A stretch of DNA of 64,000 nucleotides from an uncultured Nitrososphaerota archaeon (GTDB taxonomy: Archaea; Korarchaeota; Korarchaeia; Korarchaeales; Korarchaeaceae), in NCBI GenBank assembly GCA_964594835.1, contig CAZQNA010000007.1, forward strand, positions 24,665-88,664. The letters run 5' to 3'. The first letter of the stretch is position 1; every line of letters starts with the position of its first letter. This document shows, piece by piece, positions 27,866-37,955 of this stretch. The notes under the pieces were generated by a model. That model ran no database searches. It was not told where the DNA came from and was given only the letters and a program-made list of their open reading frames with translations. The position numbers and the translations under genes are program-made.

Positions 27866-28260
27866 ACGTGATTGACGCCTCCGCGCTGGCCAAGTTCGTC
27901 CTGAAGGAGGAGGGGTGGAGGGGGGTAATCCCATTTCTGAAGAGGGCCGAGTCGGTCGATCACGCCCTGAAGGAGGTTGCCAACGCGATCTGGAAGGCGC
28001 GGAGGAGGGGATTCATAGGGGACGAGGACGCGTCCAAGAAGTTTGAGGCCCTCCTTGCCCTGGCCGCGGGGAACCTCGAACTCGTGGACGAGTCCGACCT
28101 CCTTCCGGCCGCCTTCGACCTCGCGATGGCCAGGGGGATCACGGTCTACGACGCCCTCTACGTGTCCCTGGCCAAGAGAGACGGTCTGCCCCTCGTGACG
28201 TCGGACGAGGTCCAGGGCAAGGTGGCTCGAGGGCTGGGTGTGAGGGTCATCCTCGTGTGA
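27862..28260 (+). CDS. vapC: VapC PIN-domain toxin
   Basis: VIDASAL, EVANAIWK, ITVYDALY, LVTSD. Confidence 0.9.
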   Translation: MNVIDASALAKFVLKEEGWRGVIPFLKRAESVDHALKEVANAIWKARRRGFIGDEDASKKFEALLALAAGNLELVDESDLLPAAFDLAMARGITVYDALYVSLAKRDGLPLVTSDEVQGKVARGLGVRVILV

Positions 28261-28288
28261 GCGGGATAGGACCCGGACGCGGCTCCGT

Positions 28289-29707
28289 TCAGCCGGAGGT
28301 CAGCCTGCGCGCGATCCCCTCGTACCTCCTCTGGGCGGCCTCCCTCCATATCGACGTCATCCTCGACGCGAAGGCGGGGTCGTCCCTCATCCTCCAGTTT
28401 ATGGAGGCCGCGTACTCCTCGGTGAACGTGAGGACGGTTCCGTTCTCCTCCCAGCTGATCGGCCTGCCCAGCTCCCACCACAGCTCCTCGAACTCCTCCC
28501 GGCTTATCCTCCCGGACTCCAGGGCCCTCACCATCGCCGACCATGCCGAGACGAGGGCGTCGTGCGGGTCGCAGAGGACTGCGTCGAAGTAGTAGGCGGT
28601 CGCGAAGTAGCTCATCCTGGCCCTGGTCTCGTTGAACCTGATCCCCACGTTGCCGAGGATCATCTCCTGCGCCGCCTTGAGGTCAGGCCTCTCGCGGCCC
28701 TCGGGCGTGTCGAAGACCTCGGTCCTCACCGGCAGCCTGTTCACCCTGCGGTCCAGCCATATCCTCTGGCCGTCAACCGAAAGTATCCATCGGATGAACG
28801 CCAGCGCGGCCTCCCTGTTCTGGCAGGTCCTCAGCAGGGACACGGGATCCCCGCCGACGATGGACTCGTTGTATGGCACCACGTACCTCACGCCGGGCCT
28901 CTCCACCTGGGCCGTGTACCCGTAGAAGTCTATCCCGATGGCTATCGGCACCTCGTCCGCCTCGAGGGCAGAGAGGGCCTCCACCGACCCTCCGTAGGGC
29001 CTTCCATTTGCGGCCATGCCGGTCAGAACGACCCAACCCCGCTCCCAGCCGAACTTCTGCAGGATTATCTGGTAGATCCTCGTGTGGGAGCCCGACTGGG
29101 TGGACCTGGAGAACGCGACGGCGGGCTTAGGGAGCAGCTTCGCCAGCTCCGGGCTGGCCAGGTCCTCCCATAGCCTGGGCGAGGGCAGGCCGTACTCCTC
29201 CAGCATGGGCTCGTTCACGATGATCCCGAAGGAGGACATCGAGGTTGCGACCCACAGCAGCCGACCCTGGGGGTCGAACCTCTTGAGAGGCATCCCCCCA
29301 ACGCTGTCCGGGATGTGTGAGGCCTCCTGAAGCGCGACCTCGTCCTCTATGGGCAGGAGGTAGCCGTCTTCGGCCAGAATATTGTGCGCCGTCGGCCCGC
29401 CGCCCCAGGCCACGTCCAGGTAGCCGAGTCGATCTATCGTGTCCCTCCAGAGGGCTGGATTCGGCTTGATGAACACCACGTCGACCACGCCAGCCTCCCT
29501 CGCGAAGGTGGAGTTGAGGAAGGCCTCCCTCGCTATCATGAGCGTGGTGGCGTCGTGCCTCGTCAGCACGTGGAGGACGGCGCCGCCCCCCTCCCTCTCA
29601 CGATCGCCGAGCTCTCCGGAGACCCAGAGGGACAGGGCCGCCGCGGCGAGCAGGGCGACCAGCGCCACCACGGCCACGGCCGAGGATCTCACGGGGTCCG
29701 TTAACAC
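28289..29707 (-). CDS. ABC substrate-binding protein (Fe3+/thiamine family)
   Basis: N-terminal TM, DVAWGGG, WEDLASP, IGIDFYG, FIRWILS.DGQ. Confidence 0.8.
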   Translation of the reverse strand: MLTDPVRSSAVAVVALVALLAAAALSLWVSGELGDREREGGGAVLHVLTRHDATTLMIAREAFLNSTFAREAGVVDVVFIKPNPALWRDTIDRLGYLDVAWGGGPTAHNILAEDGYLLPIEDEVALQEASHIPDSVGGMPLKRFDPQGRLLWVATSMSSFGIIVNEPMLEEYGLPSPRLWEDLASPELAKLLPKPAVAFSRSTQSGSHTRIYQIILQKFGWERGWVVLTGMAANGRPYGGSVEALSALEADEVPIAIGIDFYGYTAQVERPGVRYVVPYNESIVGGDPVSLLRTCQNREAALAFIRWILSVDGQRIWLDRRVNRLPVRTEVFDTPEGRERPDLKAAQEMILGNVGIRFNETRARMSYFATAYYFDAVLCDPHDALVSAWSAMVRALESGRISREEFEELWWELGRPISWEENGTVLTFTEEYAASINWRMRDDPAFASRMTSIWREAAQRRYEGIARRLTSG

Positions 29708-29945
29708 GAAACAATCGTATTAGTGTTATCCTCTGGGGGTCCGCGAGGTTGGGGCGCTTAGCCGCGGCCGAGGGGACGGGCCGGGGGCCAGGGGCCCGGC
29801 GTCGGCGCTCGGCGTGAGCATCTCGTGCATCGTCTCTTGACGGCTGCGGCGAGCCTTCACGGCGAGTTGAGTTTCCTTCCGGTCTCAGTGTGGCCAGGGC
29901 CGTCGGAGATCCTCACTTTAAATGAAGCGCGCGGCTGGGGGAGGT

Positions 29946-30788
29946 ATGGTCTTCAGGGACGAGCGGGGGAGGCTCTACCACATAGGGGCGGGGGAGGGAG
30001 ACGTCGCTGGCAGGGTGCTCATGCCCGGCTCCAGGGTCAGGGTCAAGAAGATCGCCGATCTGCTGAGCGGAGCGAGGGTTGTGCACGACGGGAGGTTCCT
30101 CCTCATCACGGGGGAATACGAGGGGGTTCCCGTCTCGGCGGTGGACACGGGGATCGGACCCTCTTCCGCCGCGATAGTGGTGAGGGAGGTGCTCGAGGCC
30201 CTGGACCTATCCGAGGGAGACGCCGTGCTGATCAGGCCCGGGACCTGCGGATCTCTCCAGCCCTGGGTTCACGTCGGCGACCTGGTGGTGTCCACCGGGG
30301 TCGTGGCCCAGGACGGCGTCACCCCGAAGATCGCGGGAGAGAGGTTCCCACTCTTCACCGACCCCGGCGTCACCGAGGCCCTGATCGAGGCGGCCGTCGA
30401 CCTGGGGTACGTTCCGGGAGAGAACCTACACGTTGGAGTGACGCACGCGAAGGACGCCCTGTACGAGGTCGAGGAGGCACCGGCCGCCGCGGAGCCCTGG
30501 GAGGCGGAGAGGTACCTGGAGTACCTCAGGAGGATGGGGGTCCTGATCACCGAGATGGAGCTGGGCACGCTCGTCGCGGTGGCCGCGCAGTACAACGCCA
30601 GGCTGGCCGAGGCGGGCACTCCGCACAGGGTGAGGGTCGGCGGCGTGTTCCTGTCGGTCTCGCCCGTCAAGGGCGCGGAGGAGGAGACCCAGTTCGAGAA
30701 GCCCCCTCAGGAGGATCTGATCAGGGTGGCTCTTGAGGCGGCCGTCCGGGCCGACCAGAGGAGGCCCGAGTGGATAAGCTACAGGTGA
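29946..30788 (+). CDS. udp: Nucleoside (uridine-type) phosphorylase
   Basis: YHIG, TGIGPSS, RPGTCGSLQ, EME. Confidence 0.78.
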   Translation: MVFRDERGRLYHIGAGEGDVAGRVLMPGSRVRVKKIADLLSGARVVHDGRFLLITGEYEGVPVSAVDTGIGPSSAAIVVREVLEALDLSEGDAVLIRPGTCGSLQPWVHVGDLVVSTGVVAQDGVTPKIAGERFPLFTDPGVTEALIEAAVDLGYVPGENLHVGVTHAKDALYEVEEAPAAAEPWEAERYLEYLRRMGVLITEMELGTLVAVAAQYNARLAEAGTPHRVRVGGVFLSVSPVKGAEEETQFEKPPQEDLIRVALEAAVRADQRRPEWISYR

Positions 30789-30801
30789 GCCCGTGAAGGG
30801 C

Positions 30802-31659
30802 TCACAGGACTGACGCCACCAGGGCCGCCAGCAGGACAATTCCCAGGTAGGAGTTCGCCACCTTGAAGGCCCTGAGGGCCGCGCCCGGAGAGGGATCCCT
30901 GGCGAAGGACCCGGTGGCCCAGAGCAGGACCGCCGAGGCCGCGGCCACCACAGCCTCGTACCAGGTTCCCAGCCCGGCCACGAACCCGAGGTAGAGCGCC
31001 AGGGCGGACGTGCCGACCGCGCAGGCGAGGGTGGCCAGGGCCGACCTCTTGGGGCCCCAGACGACCGGCAGCATGGGGACCCCGGCCCTGGCGTAGTCGT
31101 CGGCGTAGTGGGTGGCCAGGGTCCAGATGTGCTCCGGGATCCAGAGCATGACCAGCGCAGCGAACAGGAGCCCCCCGAGCCCGAGGGTGCCGGTCGCCGC
31201 GGCCCAACCCGCCAGGGCGGGCGCAGCCCCGGCCACGCCTCCGAATATGACAGACCAGGGCGTCCTCCTCTTCATCGCCACCGTGTAGACGAATATGTCG
31301 AAGGCGAAGCCCATGGCCACTACGCCAGCCACGAGGGCGTTCAGCTTCAGCGACGTGAGGACGCCCAGGGCGAAGAGAGCCAACCCGAGCGCGACCGCCC
31401 TGTGGGGCGGATCTATCTCTCCGCTCGGGAGGGGGCGACCGGAGGTCCTCCTCATGGCGGCGTCGATGTCCCTGTCGAAGTACATGTTGACCGCCGTCGT
31501 CCCGGCGACGGCCATCCCCACCCCCAGAACGTAGATAAGGGCCCTCTGAAGGCCGACTGATCCCGAACCCCCCACAATCATGGGGACAACGCCGGAGAAC
31601 ACTAGGAGGGAAGTCTGCTTCAGCTTGAGGAGCCTGACGTAGCTGGATGCCGCCCCCAT
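30802..31659 (-). CDS. cyoE: Protoheme IX prenyltransferase (heme o synthase)
   Basis: NMYFDRDIDAAMRRT.GRPLPSG, YT..KRRT, DDYARAGVPMLP. Confidence 0.88.
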   Translation of the reverse strand: MGAASSYVRLLKLKQTSLLVFSGVVPMIVGGSGSVGLQRALIYVLGVGMAVAGTTAVNMYFDRDIDAAMRRTSGRPLPSGEIDPPHRAVALGLALFALGVLTSLKLNALVAGVVAMGFAFDIFVYTVAMKRRTPWSVIFGGVAGAAPALAGWAAATGTLGLGGLLFAALVMLWIPEHIWTLATHYADDYARAGVPMLPVVWGPKRSALATLACAVGTSALALYLGFVAGLGTWYEAVVAAASAVLLWATGSFARDPSPGAALRAFKVANSYLGIVLLAALVASVL

Positions 31660-31741
31660 TCCGGATCGGTGTCCGCGGGGGAGCCGCGTAAAATAGTTCT
31701 ACCCAAGGTGGAGGAGGTTCCAGGAGAGGTATCTCGACCGT

Positions 31742-32278
31742 TCAGCCCCTCTGGCCGGCTCCGGACCCGCCCCCCTCGACCTCCCTGGACCTCAGCCTCG
31801 ACATCCTCTCCTTGATCTCCTCGAGGATCTCTAGGTACTCCCTCTTCAGTATCTCCCTCACCTCCTCGTCCTCGACCGCCCCGGGAGCGCCGACCACCCT
31901 GAGCCTCTCGAGCACCCTCTCCCTCTCGGCCTCCAGCTCCGCGAGGTCGACTCGGCTCAGGTAGAACCTCATGGCCTCGTTCATCACCTGCCCCACGGTC
32001 CTGCCAGTCTCGGCCGCCAGGTCCCTTATCCTCTCGTACAGCCTCCTGTCGAGCCCCCTGATGGGTATGGGCCTCCTCATCACCACCTCCTCCGGCCCCG
32101 TCCTGACCTCGACGGTCGTTCCCGGCGTGATTATGGACATTCTGGCGGCCTTCTTGGCCGCCCTAGACAAGCTCCTCGTCAGGCTCTCCTCTATGACCTC
32201 TGAGAGACGCTCAAGCTTCTTGCTGAGCTCCTCCATCCTCCTCTCGAACTCCTCCCAGTCGGCCTCCGACCCGACCAT
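31742..32278 (-). CDS. Hypothetical coiled-coil protein with central RHH-like domain
   Basis: IRGLDRRLYERIRDLAAETGRTVGQVMNEAM, similar to 5131-5628. Confidence 0.6.
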   Translation of the reverse strand: MVGSEADWEEFERRMEELSKKLERLSEVIEESLTRSLSRAAKKAARMSIITPGTTVEVRTGPEEVVMRRPIPIRGLDRRLYERIRDLAAETGRTVGQVMNEAMRFYLSRVDLAELEAERERVLERLRVVGAPGAVEDEEVREILKREYLEILEEIKERMSRLRSREVEGGGSGAGQRG

Positions 32279-32324
32279 CGTATATCGTATAACAGTATAA
32301 CGCAGGGAGAATATAAGCCTTCCC

Positions 32325-33551
32325 TCAGGCCCGTGGCAGGACCCCCAGGGCGAGGAGGAGGGATCCGGTGGTCACGGCATCTGCAAGGGAGCTCTCTATG
32401 GGGTTGACGAAGTTGTCCGGGTCCAGCCCCATCCTGAAGGTCAGCGCGGCCACGACCAGGGCTATGAGGACTATAGAGGCCGTCGCCACGAGCCCGCTGA
32501 TTCCTATCAGGGAGGCGAGCCAGCCAAGCCCCCGGGACCCCTCGCTCGCGGCCGCTACTATTCCGAAGGCCTGGGAGGCAATGAGCCACGCGGTCCACGT
32601 GCCCGCGGCCTCGGGCGCGACGTCCACGAGCATCCCCGGCCCCGGCCGCGCCGTGCCCAGGGCGAGCCTGGTCGTGGCGACGGAGCCTACTATGGACCCG
32701 AAGTCACCCACCATCGTTAGCAGGGCTGGATACACGATGTAGACCGATCGGAGAGCTCCTATCTCCCGCTCAACCCTCAGGAGGAGGTTCCCGGTCAGCG
32801 CCACGATCAGCGACACCCCCGCGATGGACACGGAGGCCTCCCTCACCACCCTCCTGTACTCCGGGCTCCTAGCCATCAGCGCCATCAGCAGCAGGGTTGC
32901 CCCGACGAAACCCAGGGTCAGCGCCAGGACGACCTTCCTCCCCAGTCCCCCAGACAGGAACAGCCGGAGGACGGCCACGTACGAGGCGCTGACCACGAGG
33001 TCCGCGACGGTGCTCATGCTGGGATAGGTGACGTAGTCGGGGTCCAGCCCCAGCCTGAAGAACGCGAACGATGCCAGCGAGGTTGTCGGAGCCATGACGA
33101 GCTGGGACACGCCCATCGATGCCGTTATGACGGGCAGCAGGTCTCCCAATAGATCCACCCCGCCCAGCCCGCCTAGGATCAGGGAGAGGCCCAGCGTGAG
33201 GGTGAGGGAGCCCGACGCGAGCAGAGTCAGCGTGAACGCCGCGGAGATCGTGGCCCAGAAGTCCTCGGTGTTCTCCCTCAGGGAAGGCCTGATCGAGCCC
33301 AGGTTGAGCCCGGTGCTCAGCCTACCGGAGAGGACGCCGTTCACGGCCCCCCTGGCGCTGAGCATGCCCGGGTAGATGGCCACCGCCCAGGGGATCGACC
33401 TCATCACGCCCAGGTTGGCCGCCAGGACGCCACCGGCCACTAGGTCTCCGAGGCCGAAACTCATCGCTATGGCCCCCCTCGCCAGCGCCTTGACGTACCG
33501 CTGCAGGCCCTCTGGAAGTCGCTTGAACGTCAACTCCCCATTTTGAAGCAC
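32325..33551 (-). CDS. MgtE/SLC41-type divalent cation transporter (two repeats)
   Basis: GLDPDYV/GLDPDNFV..P...D motifs; RLSTGL; start approximate. Confidence 0.82.
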   Translation of the reverse strand: MLQNGELTFKRLPEGLQRYVKALARGAIAMSFGLGDLVAGGVLAANLGVMRSIPWAVAIYPGMLSARGAVNGVLSGRLSTGLNLGSIRPSLRENTEDFWATISAAFTLTLLASGSLTLTLGLSLILGGLGGVDLLGDLLPVITASMGVSQLVMAPTTSLASFAFFRLGLDPDYVTYPSMSTVADLVVSASYVAVLRLFLSGGLGRKVVLALTLGFVGATLLLMALMARSPEYRRVVREASVSIAGVSLIVALTGNLLLRVEREIGALRSVYIVYPALLTMVGDFGSIVGSVATTRLALGTARPGPGMLVDVAPEAAGTWTAWLIASQAFGIVAAASEGSRGLGWLASLIGISGLVATASIVLIALVVAALTFRMGLDPDNFVNPIESSLADAVTTGSLLLALGVLPRA

Positions 33552-33747
33552 CCCTGGGCATCTCCAGAGCCCAACCGGTTCCCTCGAAATAAAAGTGTAG
33601 CCGACGGAATTGAGGGAGGTCTCACAGCCTGCCGGGCCGATCTGGAGAATCCTACCAGCCGAGTTGCCTGCAGAGGTCAAAAGCCGATAGGGCGGGCAGC
33701 TGGGTAAGCTTTTCAGAGGGAGGGAAAGCGGACTCTCAGGTGTCGGG

Positions 33748-34689
33748 TTGGAGAAGGGGGGGTTCGGTAAGGGGGAAGACCTTCTGGAGGGGGCCATACT
33801 CGAGCTGTCGGCTAAGCTGAAGAAGGGAGTCTTGGAAGATGATTTCCTTGAATTGTCTAAAATGTTTGATTCATTAGAAAATAGAATGTTTAACTGGTTA
33901 AATAGTTTTGTATTCTACGAGTTCGCGGGCATCTTGCTCTCCCGAATCCCCACGATCGCCTCTGTAGTGGATGTGGGGTGCTCCTCTGGCCGGGGCATTG
34001 CCGTAATCGCTTCAGAATGTTCAAGGTGTAAAATACTCGGCGTAGACATAGACGCCAGGGCGCTGCAGTCTGCCTCCCGGACCCTACAGCCACTATTCGA
34101 TCGAGGTAGGATCGACCTGATGCTGGGGGACTTCACCGACCCAAATCTGGGAGGAAGGCTGCTTGGGAAATACGGGCCCTTTTCAGCGGCGGTTTGCTTT
34201 GAGGTAATTGAGCACGTCACCAGAGAGGGATCAAGGATTCTCCTCGAGAACCTGAGACGCATCTTGGATGACGAGGGATACCTGCTCATATCCACGCCCA
34301 ATAGGCCAGTCTACGATACAATAGCCTATACTGAAGGTCACATTAATGAGATGACTGTCGAGGAGTTTGTGGATCTCTTGGAGGAGTCTGGGCTCAGCGT
34401 AGTCAGGCTTTACGGTCTGTACAGATATTCCCCCACCCTCCTGAGGACACTCTGGAGGTTTGGGCTGATAGCCAGGTCAGGCGACCAACCCGTCCACGTT
34501 GACCCCCTCAAGAGGGTCCTGAGGATACTTCTCCTGGCCTCCATGTGTCCTAGACGGTTCCTGGCCAACGTGCTGAAGAAACTCAGTACTCGGACATACC
34601 TCTCCGTGGCCCTCCCTCTGGCGATGCCAAACGACGACCCCAACAACTCCGCCTTCGTCCTTGCCGTGGCTCGAAAGCAGGGAGAATAA
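33748..34689 (+). CDS. Class I SAM-dependent methyltransferase
   Basis: VDVGCSSG, GVDID, FEVIEH, ISTPN. Confidence 0.82.
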   Translation: MEKGGFGKGEDLLEGAILELSAKLKKGVLEDDFLELSKMFDSLENRMFNWLNSFVFYEFAGILLSRIPTIASVVDVGCSSGRGIAVIASECSRCKILGVDIDARALQSASRTLQPLFDRGRIDLMLGDFTDPNLGGRLLGKYGPFSAAVCFEVIEHVTREGSRILLENLRRILDDEGYLLISTPNRPVYDTIAYTEGHINEMTVEEFVDLLEESGLSVVRLYGLYRYSPTLLRTLWRFGLIARSGDQPVHVDPLKRVLRILLLASMCPRRFLANVLKKLSTRTYLSVALPLAMPNDDPNNSAFVLAVARKQGE

Positions 34690-34700
34690 CAATCGGCCCT

Positions 34701-36296
34701 TCACTCCCCACCGTAGAGCATCCTATCTATGAGCTTGAACAGCCCGTAGAAGTTCCGGATGATTACCCCCGGAGTCAGAGCCTTGAACACGCCTACGAGC
34801 TTATCCCTACTCAGCAGCCCCAGCCTCGCCAAGAGCTTGGAACTCGTGAGTACCAAGAGGGGAACCCCGACAAACCAAGGTATTCTAAGGAGCCAGATGG
34901 CTGCCCCAACGGTGGATGGAATTCCGACGAAGGCGGCGAGCCTCCTATCTGCGACGCTCAGCCCCGCCAGCCTCTGCAGGAGGATGGAGAACATGAGTCC
35001 CGAGAGCCCTCCACTCATGTAGGCGAGGGCAGCCCCCATACCACCCAGCCGCGGAGTCAGGTGGAGGTAGAGCCCAATCCTCGGGAGAGTCTGAGAGAGC
35101 CCCAGGAAGGCCACTTGCGAATACATGTCCCTGGAGTATATCAGGGAGAGTAAGACAGAGGTCACTGACAGGGGGACTATGGTGGCGGCGAGCACCCTCA
35201 GAACCCCAACGCTCTCCAGATACTCTCTACCCAAGAATCCCAGGGGGACCTCCGGGTAAATGATCAGGGATACGGATGCAAGAGTGGACACATAGGATGC
35301 TATCCTCAAGATCTCCCTAGAGAACACCTCATCCTCCCGTCTACCGCTGAATACCGGAACGAGCAGGTTCACTAGGATGGTTGGGAGGGAAGCAAGGGCC
35401 GCGACTACCGCATAAGCGGCATAGTATGTTCCAGCCTCTGAGCTCCCCGAGAAGCTATACACTACCAGCACGCCGAGATTCTGCCCCACCATACTGATCG
35501 CCGATGGAAGCCACACAGGGAGACCCGCTCGGAGGAGTTGAGTGAGACTCCTGAGGGAGGGTGAGACAAGCTTCCTCACCAGACCCCTGGCGCCGTAGGC
35601 AAGTCCAACGAACGTGATGAGGTGCGCCGAGATCTGGCCAATGAGGGCTCCCTCCCATCCCATCCCGGCCGCTACGAGCCACGCCCCGATTGTCAGCTTT
35701 CCAAGCCCTCCTAAGAAGTAGGAAATCGCTAGCTCCTTGGTTCTCAAGTATGAAATGAGAAGCGAGTCAAGGATTGAAACGGAACTCGTTAGGAGGAGTA
35801 TGCTGGCAAACTTCACTTGGATGGAGCTAAACCTGAGGGAGGCCACTCCTCCCCCCACGAGCAATATGAGGAGAGAGCTCGCTAAGGATCGGATCAATAG
35901 AAGGAAGAGGATCGCCGTCCAGAAGTATTCTGATACAAGCTCTTCGTCGTCGCGGGAGATCGCCTCTCCCAGAAACCTTCTTAGTGCCCCTATCACGCCG
36001 AAGGAGAGCGTTCCTGAAACTAGGATTGCAAGATTGAACACCGCGCTGGCCGATCCGACAACGTCAGCGCCCCCAACCCTGGAGACGACGACCCAGTACA
36101 GGTAACCGATCAGACTCACGCCGACAGACCTAACGTAAAGCCAAAGGCCACCCCTTACCACGTTGATGAAGCTATAGATTTCATCGCTTCTGCTCTCTCC
36201 ACTTTCTGCATCCCTGTCAGTTAGGGATTCCGGCACAGCCCAGACACCTCTGTCGACGCCAGGGTCAGATGCGAAGGACCGAAAATTAAGGGTCAT
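34701..36296 (-). CDS. Wzx/MOP-family oligosaccharide flippase
   Basis: About 12-14 TM, AGTYYAA, GGMGAALA. Confidence 0.8.
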   Translation of the reverse strand: MTLNFRSFASDPGVDRGVWAVPESLTDRDAESGESRSDEIYSFINVVRGGLWLYVRSVGVSLIGYLYWVVVSRVGGADVVGSASAVFNLAILVSGTLSFGVIGALRRFLGEAISRDDEELVSEYFWTAILFLLLIRSLASSLLILLVGGGVASLRFSSIQVKFASILLLTSSVSILDSLLISYLRTKELAISYFLGGLGKLTIGAWLVAAGMGWEGALIGQISAHLITFVGLAYGARGLVRKLVSPSLRSLTQLLRAGLPVWLPSAISMVGQNLGVLVVYSFSGSSEAGTYYAAYAVVAALASLPTILVNLLVPVFSGRREDEVFSREILRIASYVSTLASVSLIIYPEVPLGFLGREYLESVGVLRVLAATIVPLSVTSVLLSLIYSRDMYSQVAFLGLSQTLPRIGLYLHLTPRLGGMGAALAYMSGGLSGLMFSILLQRLAGLSVADRRLAAFVGIPSTVGAAIWLLRIPWFVGVPLLVLTSSKLLARLGLLSRDKLVGVFKALTPGVIIRNFYGLFKLIDRMLYGGE

Positions 36297-36440
36297 TAAC
36301 CTTTCCCAGCAGAACTTCCACCTCCGGACTCTCCGGTTAACGGTCCTTGGCGAGTTCGAAGGTGCCCCTGTACGATTGCTGAGTTCCCCAGAGCCCCCGT
36401 AGTCCGTCGTCTTGGCGTCAGCGCCTTGATCGGCTGGAGG

Positions 36441-37223
36441 CTACATTCGATTCGAGACGACCGTGGAGACCCGCCCCGCGGTTATCCCTCCATCCACGAC
36501 GTACACGGCTCCAGTGACGTACGACGACAGGTCAGAGGTCAGGAAGAGGATGACCCTGGCCACCTCCTCCGGATTCGCTATCCTGCCGAGCGGCACCAGT
36601 CTCGAGAAGTCCCTGTAGGCCTCCTCACTTGGGGCGATCCCCCTCAGCATGGGCGTGTCGGTGAGGCCGGGGCAGACCGCGTTAACCCTGACGCCTTTGT
36701 CCGCCACCTCCAGGGCCAGCGCCCTTGTAAAGGCTACCACGGCAGCCTTGGAAGCGCAGTACGCCGTGCCCTTCGCGTACGGACTAATCCCGGCGGTGGA
36801 GCTCACGTTCACTATGCTCCCCCCTCCCATCTCGATCATGTGCGGGAGCACCGCCCTGGTCATGAGGAATGTGCCCCTGAGGTTGGTCGCTATCACAGAG
36901 TCCCAGTCCTCGACGCTCAGCTCAGTCAGCGGGGCGGCGCGGTATATGCCGGCGTTGTTGACCAGCACGTCTATCCTTCCGTGGGCCTTGAGGATCTCGC
37001 CGACCACCCTCTCGACGTCCCCCTCATTAGACACGTCTCCTCGGTGGAACGTCGCCTCAAAACCAGACTCTGCCAGGGCCCTGACGGACTCGACGCCCCT
37101 CTCCCTAGACCTGCCGACCAGCGCCACCCTCGCGCCCTCCGAGGCGAGGAGCCTGGCCGTAGCGAGCCCAATACCGGAGGTCCCGCCGGTGACCGCGGCA
37201 ACCTTCCCATCGAGCAGTCCCAT
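36441..37223 (-). CDS. Short-chain dehydrogenase/reductase (FabG-like)
   Basis: TGGTSGIG, NNAG, YCASK. Confidence 0.92.
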   Translation of the reverse strand: MGLLDGKVAAVTGGTSGIGLATARLLASEGARVALVGRSRERGVESVRALAESGFEATFHRGDVSNEGDVERVVGEILKAHGRIDVLVNNAGIYRAAPLTELSVEDWDSVIATNLRGTFLMTRAVLPHMIEMGGGSIVNVSSTAGISPYAKGTAYCASKAAVVAFTRALALEVADKGVRVNAVCPGLTDTPMLRGIAPSEEAYRDFSRLVPLGRIANPEEVARVILFLTSDLSSYVTGAVYVVDGGITAGRVSTVVSNRM

Positions 37224-37275
37224 GGCCCCACCCCGGTGAGGCCGTGGCGCTCCTATTCAACGCTTCCGGCTCCGC

Positions 37276-37938
37276 TCACTCGAGGTGATCGACGAGGTCC
37301 CCCAGCTCCTCCGCCACCACCCTGGCAGACGTCAACCAGCTCCTCCTGGCTATTGGGGGGAGCGACCCCCTCTCCCTGACCCACTCACGGAGGAACCGGA
37401 TGGTCTTGTCGTCACCCGCGTAGCCGGAGCCGAAGTCGCCGTACTCCTCCCTCAGTCGGTCTATGATCCTGTCCCTGTGGACCTTGGCCAGTATGGAGGC
37501 CGCCGAGACCACCGGGTAGTTCACGTCGGCCTTGTTCTCCGCAACGATCTTCACCTCGACGTCTCCGAGTCTCCTCTTGACCTCGAAGGCGTAGGACTCG
37601 GGGTATCTGCCTGGCGCGTCCAGGATCGCAACGTCAGGCCTCAGCTCCCGTATCAGGTCGGCGGCTATCCTGGCCTCCAGCCTGTTTAGGCCGCCGGATC
37701 TGACGGCCTCGTCTATCTCCCCGGGCCAGATCTCCACGAGGCGGTATGCCCTCAGGGCGTGAACCAGCTCGTCGTAGAGCTCCTCCCTCCTGCGCCGAGT
37801 CAGGAGCTTGGAGTCCCTCACGCCGAGACCTGCGAGGACCTCCTCGTCTCCCTCGTGGATCAGCGCGCCACAGATCACCATGGGCCCCAGGACGGGGCCC
37901 CGACCGGCCTCGTCCACCCCCAGGATCTTACTGGGCAC
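37276..37938 (-). CDS. rnhB: Ribonuclease HII
   Basis: GVDEAGRGPVLGP, DSK, SAASILAKV, GSGY. Confidence 0.95.
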   Translation of the reverse strand: MPSKILGVDEAGRGPVLGPMVICGALIHEGDEEVLAGLGVRDSKLLTRRRREELYDELVHALRAYRLVEIWPGEIDEAVRSGGLNRLEARIAADLIRELRPDVAILDAPGRYPESYAFEVKRRLGDVEVKIVAENKADVNYPVVSAASILAKVHRDRIIDRLREEYGDFGSGYAGDDKTIRFLREWVRERGSLPPIARRSWLTSARVVAEELGDLVDHLE

Positions 37939-37955
37939 CTCAGCGCACCGCCCGC

